Shown one piece after another: positions 50,753 through 60,497 of a DNA stretch of 64,000 nt. The DNA lies in NCBI GenBank assembly GCA_965226495.1, contig OZ245365.1:4064001-4128000 (forward strand), in the 5' to 3' direction. The translations under genes were made by a program, and so were the position numbers. Below the pieces are notes generated by a model. The model was not told the origin of the DNA. It worked only from the letters and a program-made list of their open reading frames with translations, and made no database searches. Source of the DNA: Candidatus Marinacidobacterales bacterium (GTDB taxonomy: Bacteria > Acidobacteriota > Vicinamibacteria > Marinacidobacterales > DATDRI01). Position 1 is the stretch's first letter. Each line of letters starts with the position of its first letter.

Positions 50753-51386
50753 TGCGGGCTCCAACACAATATTGGGCTCCGGTTCTTACGACGAGCTCAA
50801 GACTCGATTAGTAGAAAGTGGTTGTACGAAATGCAGCCTGCACACGGGCCGGACGCAGATCGTGGTCGATCGCGGTAATCCCGACGCCTCGGTCATGGTG
50901 ATCGGAGAAGGGCCGGGTGAGCAAGAAGACCGGCAAGGTCAGGCTTTCGTCGGACGCGCCGGGAAGACGTTCGACCAAATCATGAACGCGGTGGGGATCG
51001 ACACCAACGAGGATATGCTCATCGCCAACGTGGTCAAATGCCGGCCCCCAGAGAACCGTGCACCCCACTCCGACGAAGCGGCGGCGTGCCTACCCTATCT
51101 GAAGCGACAAATCGAGCTGGTGCGCCCGCACATCATTCTGCTTTTGGGTGCTACCGCGCTCAAGCACTTCGATAAATCCAAAACGAACTTCCAAATGTCG
51201 GAGGAAGCGGGTAAATTCTTTACCCTGACCGATTTCCCGAGCACTCAGTTCATGGTGCTCTATCATCCCGCCGCGCTCCTCTATAACGCCAAGCTCAAGC
51301 CCGCCATGTGGCAACACGCCAAGACACTGCGACACTTTCTCGATCAGCACGGTTTGATCAGAAGTAAGCTGAAACGCGCCCAATAA
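50733..51386 (+). CDS. Uracil-DNA glycosylase, family 4
   Basis: CTKC.L, GEGPG..ED, FVG.AG, NVVKCRPP.NR and YHPA motifs. Confidence 0.92.
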   Translation: MQFDLFDAGSNTILGSGSYDELKTRLVESGCTKCSLHTGRTQIVVDRGNPDASVMVIGEGPGEQEDRQGQAFVGRAGKTFDQIMNAVGIDTNEDMLIANVVKCRPPENRAPHSDEAAACLPYLKRQIELVRPHIILLLGATALKHFDKSKTNFQMSEEAGKFFTLTDFPSTQFMVLYHPAALLYNAKLKPAMWQHAKTLRHFLDQHGLIRSKLKRAQ

Positions 51387-51410
51387 AGTTTGTCAAGATC
51401 GTCGGTAAGT

Positions 51411-53330
51411 CTAGGGTCGCTCGGCGAGCCGCACGCGAAACTCCACCGAGTTTCCGTCACGCATCACCACTACTGGCACATCGTCGCCTGGCTTGTGGCG
51501 TCGCAACGCATCGGTGAAGTCGTGAAGACTATCGATCGCGCGCCCGTTGAAATAGACGAGCACGTCGCCGGCTTTGAGACCGGCCTTGTTAGCAGGTCCC
51601 CCGTCCCGGATGTCGTCGAAGCGAACTCCCTTGCCGTCGTGACCGAAGTCCGGCACCGAGCCGAAGTAAGCACCGTAGCCGCCTCCTCCACCCTGGTGGC
51701 GTTGAGGTTGCGCCGGTTTCACGAATGCCGGGCGATCGGGTAAGGCCTGCACATAGTCCGCCATTTGGTACGCCAATTTCAGGACTCGCTCCGCTCCGGA
51801 AGCGTTGATCTGCTCCCAATCGTCCGAAGGCTTGTGGTAGTCGCGATGAAGACCGGTGAAGAAGAACAGCGAGGGCACACCTTCCATCGTGAACGATGTG
51901 TGGTCACTCGAACCGTAGCCCGAGAAGCTGAAGGTGAGCGCGAGGTCTTCGTCGACGGCCAGCTCCTCAAGTTTCGATTGAAAAATCGGCGAGGTTCCTA
52001 CGCCCCCGACGAAAAGCTTTCCTTCACGAAGGCGGCCGATCATGTCCAAGTTGAGCATGGCCACGGTGCGTTCCAGCGGAAACGTCGGGTGCCGTGTGTA
52101 GTAGCGCGATCCCAGCAGCCCCAACTCCTCGCCCGCGAATGCGGCAAACAAGACACCGCGGTTGAGATCCCCTCGCTCTCCTGCCAACACACGTGCGAGC
52201 TCCAAGACTCCTGCTGTTCCGGAGGCGTTGTCGTCGGCGCCATTGTGGATCCGGTTCTCGCCCTTACCGGGAGCCGCAGAATGTTTTCCATCGCGTCCTA
52301 GGTGATCGTAGTGAGCACCAATCACGAGCAACTCGTCGTTTCCTGAAGGGCCTGAAGGATCTGAAGGGCCCGATGGGTTTGACGGGCTTGCAGAGCTGGA
52401 AGATGCACCGGCGGGCAGGTAGCCGAGGACGTTTTTCACGAAGCGCCGCTCTCGCTCTAGATCCGTACGGAGACGCACCTGGACGTCGGTAAGCTCGAAG
52501 GAGGCGGGCTCCAGGTTCTTGTCTATGTTCTCTTGCAACACCGAAAGCTTGGCGACCCCTTCCGGAAGTAACCGTTCGACGACCGCTTGCTTCAGATGGA
52601 CCACCGGGATCACCAAGTCATCGGCTCCCAAATCCTTGCCGAATTTCACCAGGCCTTTGGGATCACCGGGATGATGCACCGGGTCGGTCACGATAAGGAC
52701 CGCGGCGGCACCGTGAGCCTTGGCGTTGACGACTTTCGAAACAAAGGTCGCATGCCCGCGGCTGGGATCGAAGGGACCGTCTCCGTTCTCGCGTGGCGTA
52801 TGCCGCATCACCAGGGCGGCTTTTCCCTCCACGTCGACGCCCGCATAGTCATCGTATTCGTGCTCGGGTGCCGTGATTCCGTATCCCACGAAAACAACCG
52901 GAGTCGCCTCGACGTCTCCCGCGCCGGAGAAGGTCATGGGCTCGAAATCGCGATGGAGGCGCAGGTCCATCTCGCCGCTCGAATCCTCGAAGCGCAAGAA
53001 ATTGTTCGGCCCGAGAGAACTTCCCAGGCTCACCTCAAAAGGCTGGAAGTAGCCGGCGTCGTCACCGGCCGGCCGCAAACCGAGCTCTTCGAATCGCGCT
53101 GCAATGTAGTCGGCCGCTTCATCGAGCCCCTCGCTTCCGTTCCCACGTCCACCCAGCGCGTCGGAAGACAAGAAACGAATATGCTCGAGCGCCGCGTTAC
53201 CGCTTACCAACCCGACCGACGAGCGCTCGCTCCGTGCTGAGACCACCGCGACGACGAGACCTAGGAGGGCGATCCCGAAGAAAACTTGTCGTCTTTGGAC
53301 GCGGCGGTAGAAAGGAAGGAGATCTCTCAT
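51411..53330 (-). CDS. M28 family peptidase with PA and PDZ domains
   Basis: GAHYDHLG, NGADDNASG, GEELGL.GS, NLDMIG, SDH and YH.PSD motifs; C-terminal PDZ. Confidence 0.92.
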   Translation of the reverse strand: MRDLLPFYRRVQRRQVFFGIALLGLVVAVVSARSERSSVGLVSGNAALEHIRFLSSDALGGRGNGSEGLDEAADYIAARFEELGLRPAGDDAGYFQPFEVSLGSSLGPNNFLRFEDSSGEMDLRLHRDFEPMTFSGAGDVEATPVVFVGYGITAPEHEYDDYAGVDVEGKAALVMRHTPRENGDGPFDPSRGHATFVSKVVNAKAHGAAAVLIVTDPVHHPGDPKGLVKFGKDLGADDLVIPVVHLKQAVVERLLPEGVAKLSVLQENIDKNLEPASFELTDVQVRLRTDLERERRFVKNVLGYLPAGASSSSASPSNPSGPSDPSGPSGNDELLVIGAHYDHLGRDGKHSAAPGKGENRIHNGADDNASGTAGVLELARVLAGERGDLNRGVLFAAFAGEELGLLGSRYYTRHPTFPLERTVAMLNLDMIGRLREGKLFVGGVGTSPIFQSKLEELAVDEDLALTFSFSGYGSSDHTSFTMEGVPSLFFFTGLHRDYHKPSDDWEQINASGAERVLKLAYQMADYVQALPDRPAFVKPAQPQRHQGGGGGYGAYFGSVPDFGHDGKGVRFDDIRDGGPANKAGLKAGDVLVYFNGRAIDSLHDFTDALRRHKPGDDVPVVVMRDGNSVEFRVRLAERP

Positions 53331-53414
53331 TCGCTTCGCTCCAAAGGCCATTATAGGCAGGCTACGGTTACCATCCAAGGCGGGTCTTCCCGCTTGTTTC
53401 TTTCGGAGAGGGTG

Positions 53415-54074
53415 TCAGCTCGGCGGATCGAAAAGTGGCAGCGGCGGCGGATCGAGCTCGTTGAGAAGCTTCCAGCCCCAACTCCTTCGGGTTTCCGGCG
53501 GAAGCTGGCCATAGCGTTGGTGGTATCGCCGAAGAAAGTCGGCCGTGGCGGCATTCACGTAGCCACCCCCTCGAAGCTCCCCGAACTCATCGCGATAGCG
53601 AACCGCGATTTGCTCGAAGAGGCGGTCGCGAAGATCCTTCGCAATGATCGACGCGGCCGCGACCGCAACATGAACGGTCTCGCCAAAATCACGTGCTTCC
53701 AGGTGCGGATACTCCCCGGTAAGGGTTCCGAACATTGTTTGCCCATCAGCGACGATACGCCGTACCGGCCGAGCCCCATCAATGATCGCGCGGGCGCCGC
53801 GGCGTTCGAGCTCGTTCAGCAAGCCCTGTGACGCAAAGTCATCCACGGTTCGATGGTCGAACACCTCGACATGCACGTCCTCGGCGAGACGGCGGATGTG
53901 AGAGGCGAGCTCAGCCCTTTTTTTCCGCGCATCTTCCCCGGCCCCGAAGTCCTTGGAATCGGACACCCCGCGGCGAGTGAGAGCACCCGCCCTCGGAGGA
54001 CGAAGCACGACGCCGGCCACGACCAGGGGACCGAGGACCGGCCCCCGACCCGCTTCGTCGATGCCGAGGATCAT
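53415..54074 (-). CDS. rnhB: Ribonuclease HII
   Basis: GIDEAGRGP, DSK and VAAASIIAK..RD motifs. Confidence 0.88.
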   Translation of the reverse strand: MILGIDEAGRGPVLGPLVVAGVVLRPPRAGALTRRGVSDSKDFGAGEDARKKRAELASHIRRLAEDVHVEVFDHRTVDDFASQGLLNELERRGARAIIDGARPVRRIVADGQTMFGTLTGEYPHLEARDFGETVHVAVAAASIIAKDLRDRLFEQIAVRYRDEFGELRGGGYVNAATADFLRRYHQRYGQLPPETRRSWGWKLLNELDPPPLPLFDPPS

Positions 54075-54201
54075 GGTGGGTCATGTTCGCCGATTCCTGC
54101 CTGGTCTTGCAACGAAAAAAACACCCGGGGCAAGAGGAGCGAGTAGAATGTAGGCTCGCTTACTCGGGGGGTAGTCGCCCTGCCGTCATAATAGGAAGCT
54201 C

Positions 54202-55659
54202 ATGGCTCACACCGAGGAGAAAGGTAAAGGGAAGTACAACGTCGTCGTGATCGGCGCCGGCACGGCTGGCCTGGTGGCGGCGGCTGGAACCTCCGGCCTC
54301 GGCGGCAGAGCGGCGCTCATCGAAGGCCACAAGATGGGCGGCGACTGTCTGAATTTCGGTTGTGTCCCCTCGAAGGCGCTCATTTCGTCCACCAACCTCA
54401 TCCAACGAATGCGACGCAGCCAGACATTCGGGCTGCAAGCGACGGAACCACAGTTCCACCTCGAAGAGGTCTTTGCCAGTATGAGGAAGAGACGAGCCAC
54501 CATCGAGCCTCATGACTCGGTCGAGCGTTTCGAGGGATTGGGGGTCGACGTCTTCTTGGGTCGAGCGCGGTTCGTATCGCCACACGAAGTCGACGTGGAA
54601 GGCACGCGGCTTCGCGCCCGGAACTTCGTCATCGCCACCGGTACCAAGGCCTTTGTGCCCCCGATCCCTGGGGTGCAAGAGATTTCGTACTACACGAACG
54701 AAACGATATTCGATGAGATGCCTTCCGCACCTGACTCGCTCCTAATTCTTGGTGGGGGCCCCATCGGATGTGAGCTAGCACAAGTGATGACGCGTCTCGG
54801 AGTTTCGGTCACGGTAGTGGAGCTTCTGCCGACGCTTCTTCCCCGTGACGATCCCGATGCCGCCGAGCTCATCACCAAGCGCCTCACCGAAGAGGGGGTT
54901 CGCGTACTCACCGGATCCCCCCTAACCAAGTTCGAGAAAAGAAACGGAACGGTCGTCGCTACCATAGATAGCTCCGGTGGAAGCCAAGAAATAACGACGG
55001 AAGCCGTCTTGATCGCCACCGGCCGCAAGCCGAACACCGAAGGCCTGGATCTGGAAGCGGCCGGTGTCGAGTACGGCAAGGCCGGCGTCAAAGTCGATGC
55101 GACATTAACGACGTCCCAGCCGCACATCTTCGCCTGCGGCGACATCGCCGGTCCTTACCAGTTCACCCACACCGCGGACTACCAGGCAAGGATCGTGGTG
55201 CGCAACATCCTACTGCCCTGGTTCAAGACCAAGGGAGACTACACGTGGGTGCCATGGGTTACCTACACCGATCCCGAGGTCGCCCAAGTTGGGCTCACCG
55301 AGAACGAGGCGGGCAAGCGCGGCCTTCCTCATTCCGTCTACCGCTTCGATTGGAACGACCTCGACCGAGCGATTACCGAGAACGAGGAAACTGGATTTAT
55401 CAAGGTGGTAACGCCACCCGGTAAGGACCGCATCCTGGGAGCTACGGTGGTCGGCGTCCACGCCGGCGACGTGCTTCACGAGCTGGTAGTCGCTGCCAAG
55501 CACGGAGTAGGGCTCGCCAAGCTGTCCTCGACGATTCACGCTTACCCGACTTTTTCCCAGTCCGTCCAACGTGTCGGTGATCTCTACCAGAAAAGCCGTC
55601 TGAGCCCGAGCATCTCCAAAGTCTTTCGGTGGCTCTATCGCGCCCGAAGGTCCTCCTGA
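54202..55659 (+). CDS. Class I pyridine nucleotide-disulfide oxidoreductase (mercuric reductase-like)
   Basis: GAGTAG, GGDCLNFGCVPSK, GGGPIG and HAYPT motifs; no C-terminal Cys pair. Confidence 0.9.
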   Translation: MAHTEEKGKGKYNVVVIGAGTAGLVAAAGTSGLGGRAALIEGHKMGGDCLNFGCVPSKALISSTNLIQRMRRSQTFGLQATEPQFHLEEVFASMRKRRATIEPHDSVERFEGLGVDVFLGRARFVSPHEVDVEGTRLRARNFVIATGTKAFVPPIPGVQEISYYTNETIFDEMPSAPDSLLILGGGPIGCELAQVMTRLGVSVTVVELLPTLLPRDDPDAAELITKRLTEEGVRVLTGSPLTKFEKRNGTVVATIDSSGGSQEITTEAVLIATGRKPNTEGLDLEAAGVEYGKAGVKVDATLTTSQPHIFACGDIAGPYQFTHTADYQARIVVRNILLPWFKTKGDYTWVPWVTYTDPEVAQVGLTENEAGKRGLPHSVYRFDWNDLDRAITENEETGFIKVVTPPGKDRILGATVVGVHAGDVLHELVVAAKHGVGLAKLSSTIHAYPTFSQSVQRVGDLYQKSRLSPSISKVFRWLYRARRSS

Positions 55660-56351
55660 TGGCGGTTCGAACTTACGCCAAGATCGGTGCCCTCGTTCTG
55701 GTCGTTGCCGCCCTGATGGTGTCGGCACGAATGTTGCCACTAGCTGAGTGGCTCGCCGTCTTCAACGGGTGGGTGCAAAGTCTCGGACCGGCCGGTTTGC
55801 TGATCTACTCATTGGTCTACGCCTTGGCCGCGGTGTTGCTACTTCCCGGATCGATTCTGACTCTAGCGGCGGGAGCCGCGTTCGGCCTGTTGCCTGGCTT
55901 CGCATCCGTCTTGTTGGGTGCCACCGTGGGCGCGGCACTCGCCTTTTTGGTTTCACGCCATCTGGCACGACGACGCGTGGAGGGTTGGATCGAGACGAAG
56001 CCTCGATTCTCGGCGGTCGACAAAGCGGTGGCCAAAGAGGGATGGAAGATCGTATTCCTTACGAGGCTCTCTCCGCTATTTCCTTTCAATTTTCAAAACT
56101 ACGCCTACGGCTTGACGAAGATCTCCTTCTGGCACTACACGCTGGCGAGTTTCGTCGGAATGATACCCGGCTCGTTCCTGTATGTGTACATCGGCTCCTT
56201 GGGTCGGAGCAGCTTGGAAGCCGCGGCGGGCGGCGAAAGTATCGAGACCTTGCAGTTGATCCTTCAGATCGTCGGGCTGGCTGCCACAGTGCTGGTCACG
56301 ATTTTCATTACCCGCATCGCGGCCAAGGCGTTGAAAGAGGCCGGGATTTAG
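55659..56351 (+). CDS. TVP38/TMEM64 (DedA-like) membrane protein
   Basis: TGATG coupling; PG..L..AAG..FG, RLSP.FPF...NY.YG motifs. Confidence 0.9.
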   Translation: MAVRTYAKIGALVLVVAALMVSARMLPLAEWLAVFNGWVQSLGPAGLLIYSLVYALAAVLLLPGSILTLAAGAAFGLLPGFASVLLGATVGAALAFLVSRHLARRRVEGWIETKPRFSAVDKAVAKEGWKIVFLTRLSPLFPFNFQNYAYGLTKISFWHYTLASFVGMIPGSFLYVYIGSLGRSSLEAAAGGESIETLQLILQIVGLAATVLVTIFITRIAAKALKEAGI

Positions 56352-56962
56352 TTCCGCGTCGCCACGAGAGCGAAGGCCAGCTCGAGCTCGTCCTTGGTTT
56401 TGACCGATCCTCCGGCCGCCTTGATCTGCGGCACGCCGAAATCGCTTCCCTTGATCTTGAATGCGCCCTCCGCTCGGAGTGTCTGGCCGTCGACGGTCAA
56501 GGTCAATGGGAACTTGACCTCGTCGGTCACCCCACGAAGAGTCAGCTCACCCTTGAGATTCCCCTTACGCTCCCCTCCGCCTCTACTCACTGAAAGCTCT
56601 TTCGAAACGAACACGATCTTCGGATAGCTCGCGACTTCGAGCGCTGTGCTCTCCATCTCCGCTTGGATCGTGGCCCGGTCCGCATCACTGACACCCTCGT
56701 CGACCACGGTCAGAGAACTTGCATCGATCTCGATACGAATCGAAGACATGTTGGGGTTATCCGGCCGCCAGTCCACGTCGCCTACGATGCCGCGGGCCTC
56801 GATCAAATGCTCGTGACCGAATGCCTTCAGGAATCCGGCTTTCCCGACTTTCACGGTGAAGCGGCTTTCCGTCGGCTGGATCGAGAAGCTCCAGGTGTCT
56901 TCAGAAAATACTGAAGAAACCGTGCCGAAGACAAAGACTAGAGCAGCGATGAGTCGATACAT
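56348..56962 (-). CDS. YceI-like exported protein
   Basis: Signal peptide; YP.I.F.S, G.LTLRGVT and DFG motifs. Confidence 0.85.
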   Translation of the reverse strand: MYRLIAALVFVFGTVSSVFSEDTWSFSIQPTESRFTVKVGKAGFLKAFGHEHLIEARGIVGDVDWRPDNPNMSSIRIEIDASSLTVVDEGVSDADRATIQAEMESTALEVASYPKIVFVSKELSVSRGGGERKGNLKGELTLRGVTDEVKFPLTLTVDGQTLRAEGAFKIKGSDFGVPQIKAAGGSVKTKDELELAFALVATRN

Positions 56963-57032
56963 GTCGCCTCCTTGTGGGCTCGCAAGGCCCAGTCTACTCC
57001 AAAATGTTCCGTTCCTTGATCCGCCCTACTCT

Positions 57033-57112
57033 CGCGGTTAACATCGACGCGGAAATGACGAACCACCGGGGCGGGTAGTTTTTGCCCGGTTTTTTCATCT
57101 ACCGCGTTACCG
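57033..57112. other. Long imperfect hairpin with T-tract in a divergent intergenic region
   Basis: accggg..cccggt core followed by T6; outer arms cggttaac..cgcgg / ccgcgttaccg. Confidence 0.4.
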
Positions 57113-57133
57113 AGCGGACAGTCAGGAGATGAT

Positions 57134-57886
57134 ATGAAAACACTCGCAGCCTTGCTTGGCCTACTGATGTACATGGCAGCACTCTCTCACCACCTGGCGC
57201 ATGCCGCGGGTGCAACACCGGCCTTGCCACAAGACCTAGAAATCGAACTGGCTCTGAGCGCGCTGCCTCCACATCTCAGAGACGAGGCAACTGTTTATGT
57301 TTTGGGGAAGTCCCAAACACTCGAAATCGCGCGTGACGGAAGCAATGGATTCCATGCGTTTGTTTCCCGCCTCGACCCCAATGCGTTCAACGGGGATTGG
57401 CCGTACACGGAGTATCGGGACGACATTCTCCTTCCGATCGCCTTCGACGATGCCGGCTCCCGCGCACACATGCCCGTGTACTTCGACATGGCAGAGATGC
57501 GAGCCTCGGGAACGCCCGCCGAGGAACTCAAGGCCATCGTGGTCAAACGATGGGAGACCGGGTACTACAAAGCACCTGAGAGAGCGGGCATCTCCTACAT
57601 GCTAGCTCCGATGTTCCGTACCTATAGGAACCCCGATGTTGAGGTGAACGAGGTGGGCACGACCAACGCTCCCCACTACATGTTCTACGCCCCCGGTGTC
57701 TCCAACGAAGACATCGGAGGAAAGGTCATGAGCGAACATCCGTTCATCCTGAACGAAAGGCCTAGCCCTCATGGGTACATGATTCAGTTCGTCGGGCAGG
57801 CGGAGAAAGGGGCCATCAACGAGGAGTATGCGGAGATGCTGGCACGGCTTTGCGAGCTCAGAGAGATTTATTGTCTGGATCGATAA
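57134..57886 (+). CDS. Hypothetical exported protein
   Basis: AGGAG RBS; signal peptide; ALSA.P, GSNGF, GISYML and PHYMFYAP motifs. Confidence 0.8.
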   Translation: MKTLAALLGLLMYMAALSHHLAHAAGATPALPQDLEIELALSALPPHLRDEATVYVLGKSQTLEIARDGSNGFHAFVSRLDPNAFNGDWPYTEYRDDILLPIAFDDAGSRAHMPVYFDMAEMRASGTPAEELKAIVVKRWETGYYKAPERAGISYMLAPMFRTYRNPDVEVNEVGTTNAPHYMFYAPGVSNEDIGGKVMSEHPFILNERPSPHGYMIQFVGQAEKGAINEEYAEMLARLCELREIYCLDR

Positions 57887-57973
57887 GTGCCTAGACTCGA
57901 AATAGCCCTGGGCCCACCGAGATACGCGGAGCTCAACGCCAGTCTGATCGCTGCTTTATTGCGCTTCGTCTCG

Positions 57974-58237
57974 ACCCCCTTTCTCGTAGGTCCCCATGAT
58001 CTCGGCGCGGGCGAGGATGTGTCCCTCCATCGCCTTCTCGAGCTCCTTCTTCGTCGGGTGGCCGAGGTCGGGAAGAGCGGTATCGAGCGCGTAGAGCTTG
58101 TGATCTAACCCCCTTTCTCGTAGGTCCCCATGATCTCGGCGCGGGCGAGGATGTGTCCCTCCATCGCCTTCTCGAGCTCCTTCTTCGTCGGGTGGCCGAG
58201 GTCGGGAAGAGCGGTATCGAGCGCGTAGAGCTTGTGA
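57974..58237. repeat. Perfect 130-bp tandem duplication with a 4-bp spacer
   Basis: 57974-58103 identical to 58108-58237; spacer tcta. Confidence 0.95.
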
Positions 58238-58581
58238 AAGTAGCGGTGACGTCCGATAGGTGGGCAGGGTCCGCGATATCCGGTCTCGCCCCAATCGTTC
58301 TTCCCCTCGCCGGTGCCGTCGGGGAGCGCGTCCGACGAAATGCCTTCCGTCAGACTATCTGTCTCCGCGGGAAAGTTGTAGAGCACCCAGTGCACCCAAA
58401 TGGTCTTCGGTGCTTGCGGATCCGGAGCATCCGGGTCATCGACAATGAGTGCCAGCCGTTTCGTCCCATCCGGTACATCCGACCAGGTAAGCGTCGGTGA
58501 CACGTCGCTCCCTTCACAGGTGTGCTTGGAGGGAATCTCTCCCTCGTGAGTGAAGCTAGATGAGCTCAGTACAAAGGCCAT
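58105..58581 (-). CDS. YbhB/YbcL (PEBP/RKIP-like) protein
   Basis: TCEG.DVSP, DDPDAP, WVHW and GPCPP.GRHRY motifs. Confidence 0.93.
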   Translation of the reverse strand: MAFVLSSSSFTHEGEIPSKHTCEGSDVSPTLTWSDVPDGTKRLALIVDDPDAPDPQAPKTIWVHWVLYNFPAETDSLTEGISSDALPDGTGEGKNDWGETGYRGPCPPIGRHRYFHKLYALDTALPDLGHPTKKELEKAMEGHILARAEIMGTYEKGG

Positions 58582-58672
58582 GGCGTTCCTCCTTTAGGAC
58601 AGGGTCTTGCGTCATATCATTTGATTATAGCGGTGCCATCCCTCTAGAATCGTGACCCGGAGGAATGGTGAC

Positions 58673-59422
58673 ATGATGAGAAGTGGCAATCCCGCATTGA
58701 CCGCCAACACTTTTACCGCAATGGCTCCCGCCGCGTCGAGTCAGTACGCGATGACGATTCAAGGGGCGGTGAACAAGACTGCCATCTTGCTGTTTCTCGT
58801 CGTCCTGACCGCGTCCTGGACCTGGAACATGTTCCTCACCAGCGCGAATCCCGCCGCCGTCATGCCGTGGGTGTTGGGAGGTGCCATCGGCGGATTCGTC
58901 GTCGCCATGGTGACGATCTTCAAGAAGGAATGGGCGGGCTTCACCGCGCCCATCTACGCCTTACTCGAAGGCCTTTTCCTGGGTGCTATTTCCTCGATGT
59001 TCGAAGCGCAGTTCCCCGGGATCGTCATTCAAGCGGTCGCTCTGACGTTCGGAACGCTGTTTGCGCTTCTCTTCGCGTACAAATCGGGTCTCATCGCGGC
59101 CACCGAAAACTTCAAGCTCGGTGTGACCGCGGCCACCGGCGGCATCGCGCTGGTTTATTTCGCCACCATCATGCTCGGCTTTTTCGGAATCTCGATCCCG
59201 TATATCCACGGAAGCGGCCTGATTGGAATCGGCTTCAGCCTCTTCGTTGTCGTCATCGCCGCACTCAACCTGGTACTGGACTTCGATTTCATCGAGAAGG
59301 GAGCCGAGGTAGGCGCCCCGAAGTACATGGAGTGGTATGGTGCCTTCGGGCTCGTCGTCACTCTGATCTGGCTCTATCTCGAGATTCTGATACTACTCTC
59401 CAAGCTGTACCGCCGCAGCTAG
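58673..59422 (+). CDS. Bax inhibitor-1/YccA family membrane protein
   Basis: RSGNP, MT..G.VNKT, LDFD.IE and EWY.AFGL..TL.WLY.EIL motifs. Confidence 0.9.
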   Translation: MMRSGNPALTANTFTAMAPAASSQYAMTIQGAVNKTAILLFLVVLTASWTWNMFLTSANPAAVMPWVLGGAIGGFVVAMVTIFKKEWAGFTAPIYALLEGLFLGAISSMFEAQFPGIVIQAVALTFGTLFALLFAYKSGLIAATENFKLGVTAATGGIALVYFATIMLGFFGISIPYIHGSGLIGIGFSLFVVVIAALNLVLDFDFIEKGAEVGAPKYMEWYGAFGLVVTLIWLYLEILILLSKLYRRS

Positions 59423-59435
59423 CCGGAGACACGAT

Positions 59436-60497
59436 ATTACCGATTCGACACCTCGGCTCCTTGAGCCAGGGGATTGGGCTCCCGATTTCGTCCTCTTGTC
59501 TCAGCGTGGCGTTCCGACACGCTTCATCGGCAAGGCCGGAGGCACGCCCACAGTTCTTCTCTTCTACGACACGAACCAAAACCAATCGTCGCTGGAAGAG
59601 CTCGAGCAGTTCGCAAAGTCTCTCGCCCATAAACAGCTCGGCATCTTCGCCGTGAACCGGGAAACGCCGGAGTCCAACCGGCGGGCCTTCGAGCGGCATT
59701 CCATCCCCTTCCTAGCATTCTCGGACACCGACGGCGCCGTGACGTCTCACTATGGTGTGGGGGAAGGTTACAAGATGACGGTGTTCGTATTGAGCTCGAA
59801 CCTACGGGTCCTCTCCGCGCATCCCTTGAAGGAGACCGAGACCTGGGCCGGGCAGGTGGCCACGCTCTTGGATACCTTGCCGCGGGAGGAGCCCGTCGAA
59901 GTCGTATCGCAAGCGCCGGTTCTCTTTATCCCCGACGTTTTGGACGACCGATCCTGCGAGCAACTCATCGCCTTTTGGCGAACCGAGGGCAGCGTGGAAA
60001 CGGGTGTCGAGCGATCCGAGCAGGGCGGGCGAGCCGATGCCATCGCCCCGGAAACGAAACGACGACGAGACCACACCGTTACGGATCCCGAGCTGCTACG
60101 CGACCTGACATCTCGAGTGGGACGCCGTGTCGTGCCGGCGGTCCGGAAGGCTTTTTCCTTTCGAGCCACTCGATTCGAAGGCTTCAAGATCGCCTGCTAC
60201 GACGCCGCGGAGGGCGGCTTCTTTCGGGCCCACCGGGACAATCTGAGTCCTGCTACGGCCCATCGGCGTTTCGCCTTGACGCTGAACCTGAACGAAGGCT
60301 ACGAGGGCGGGCACTTGCGATTTCCAGAGTACGGGCCGCATCTCTATCGGCCGAAGAGAGGCGGGGCAATCGTTTTTTCCGGCTCTTTGCTGCACGAAGC
60401 CCTCGAAGTCACAATGCGTCAACGCTTCGTCCTGCTTTCGTTTTTGTTTGGAGAAGAAGATGCGAAGAGGCTCGAGAGCGTTGAAGGCCCTCCGTGA
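59436..60497 (+). CDS. Redoxin-like domain fused to a 2OG-Fe(II) oxygenase; probable ATT start
   Basis: PGD.APDF.L lies upstream of the ORF-track start; HRD, YEGG.L.FPE, LLHE and R motifs. Confidence 0.85.
   Translation: MTDSTPRLLEPGDWAPDFVLLSQRGVPTRFIGKAGGTPTVLLFYDTNQNQSSLEELEQFAKSLAHKQLGIFAVNRETPESNRRAFERHSIPFLAFSDTDGAVTSHYGVGEGYKMTVFVLSSNLRVLSAHPLKETETWAGQVATLLDTLPREEPVEVVSQAPVLFIPDVLDDRSCEQLIAFWRTEGSVETGVERSEQGGRADAIAPETKRRRDHTVTDPELLRDLTSRVGRRVVPAVRKAFSFRATRFEGFKIACYDAAEGGFFRAHRDNLSPATAHRRFALTLNLNEGYEGGHLRFPEYGPHLYRPKRGGAIVFSGSLLHEALEVTMRQRFVLLSFLFGEEDAKRLESVEGPP

Noticed and set aside
27010-51386. DNA-repair cluster (two UDGs, AlkA-like glycosylase)
   Set aside because: Genes are scattered in unrelated operons and multiple UDG families per genome are common
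54202-55659. merA mercury resistance gene
   Set aside because: No C-terminal Cys pair, no NmerA domain and no mer genes; pairing with TVP38 is a common unrelated arrangement
57956-58294. 112-aa ORF ending in a YbhB-like tail
   Set aside because: By-product of the 130-bp duplication
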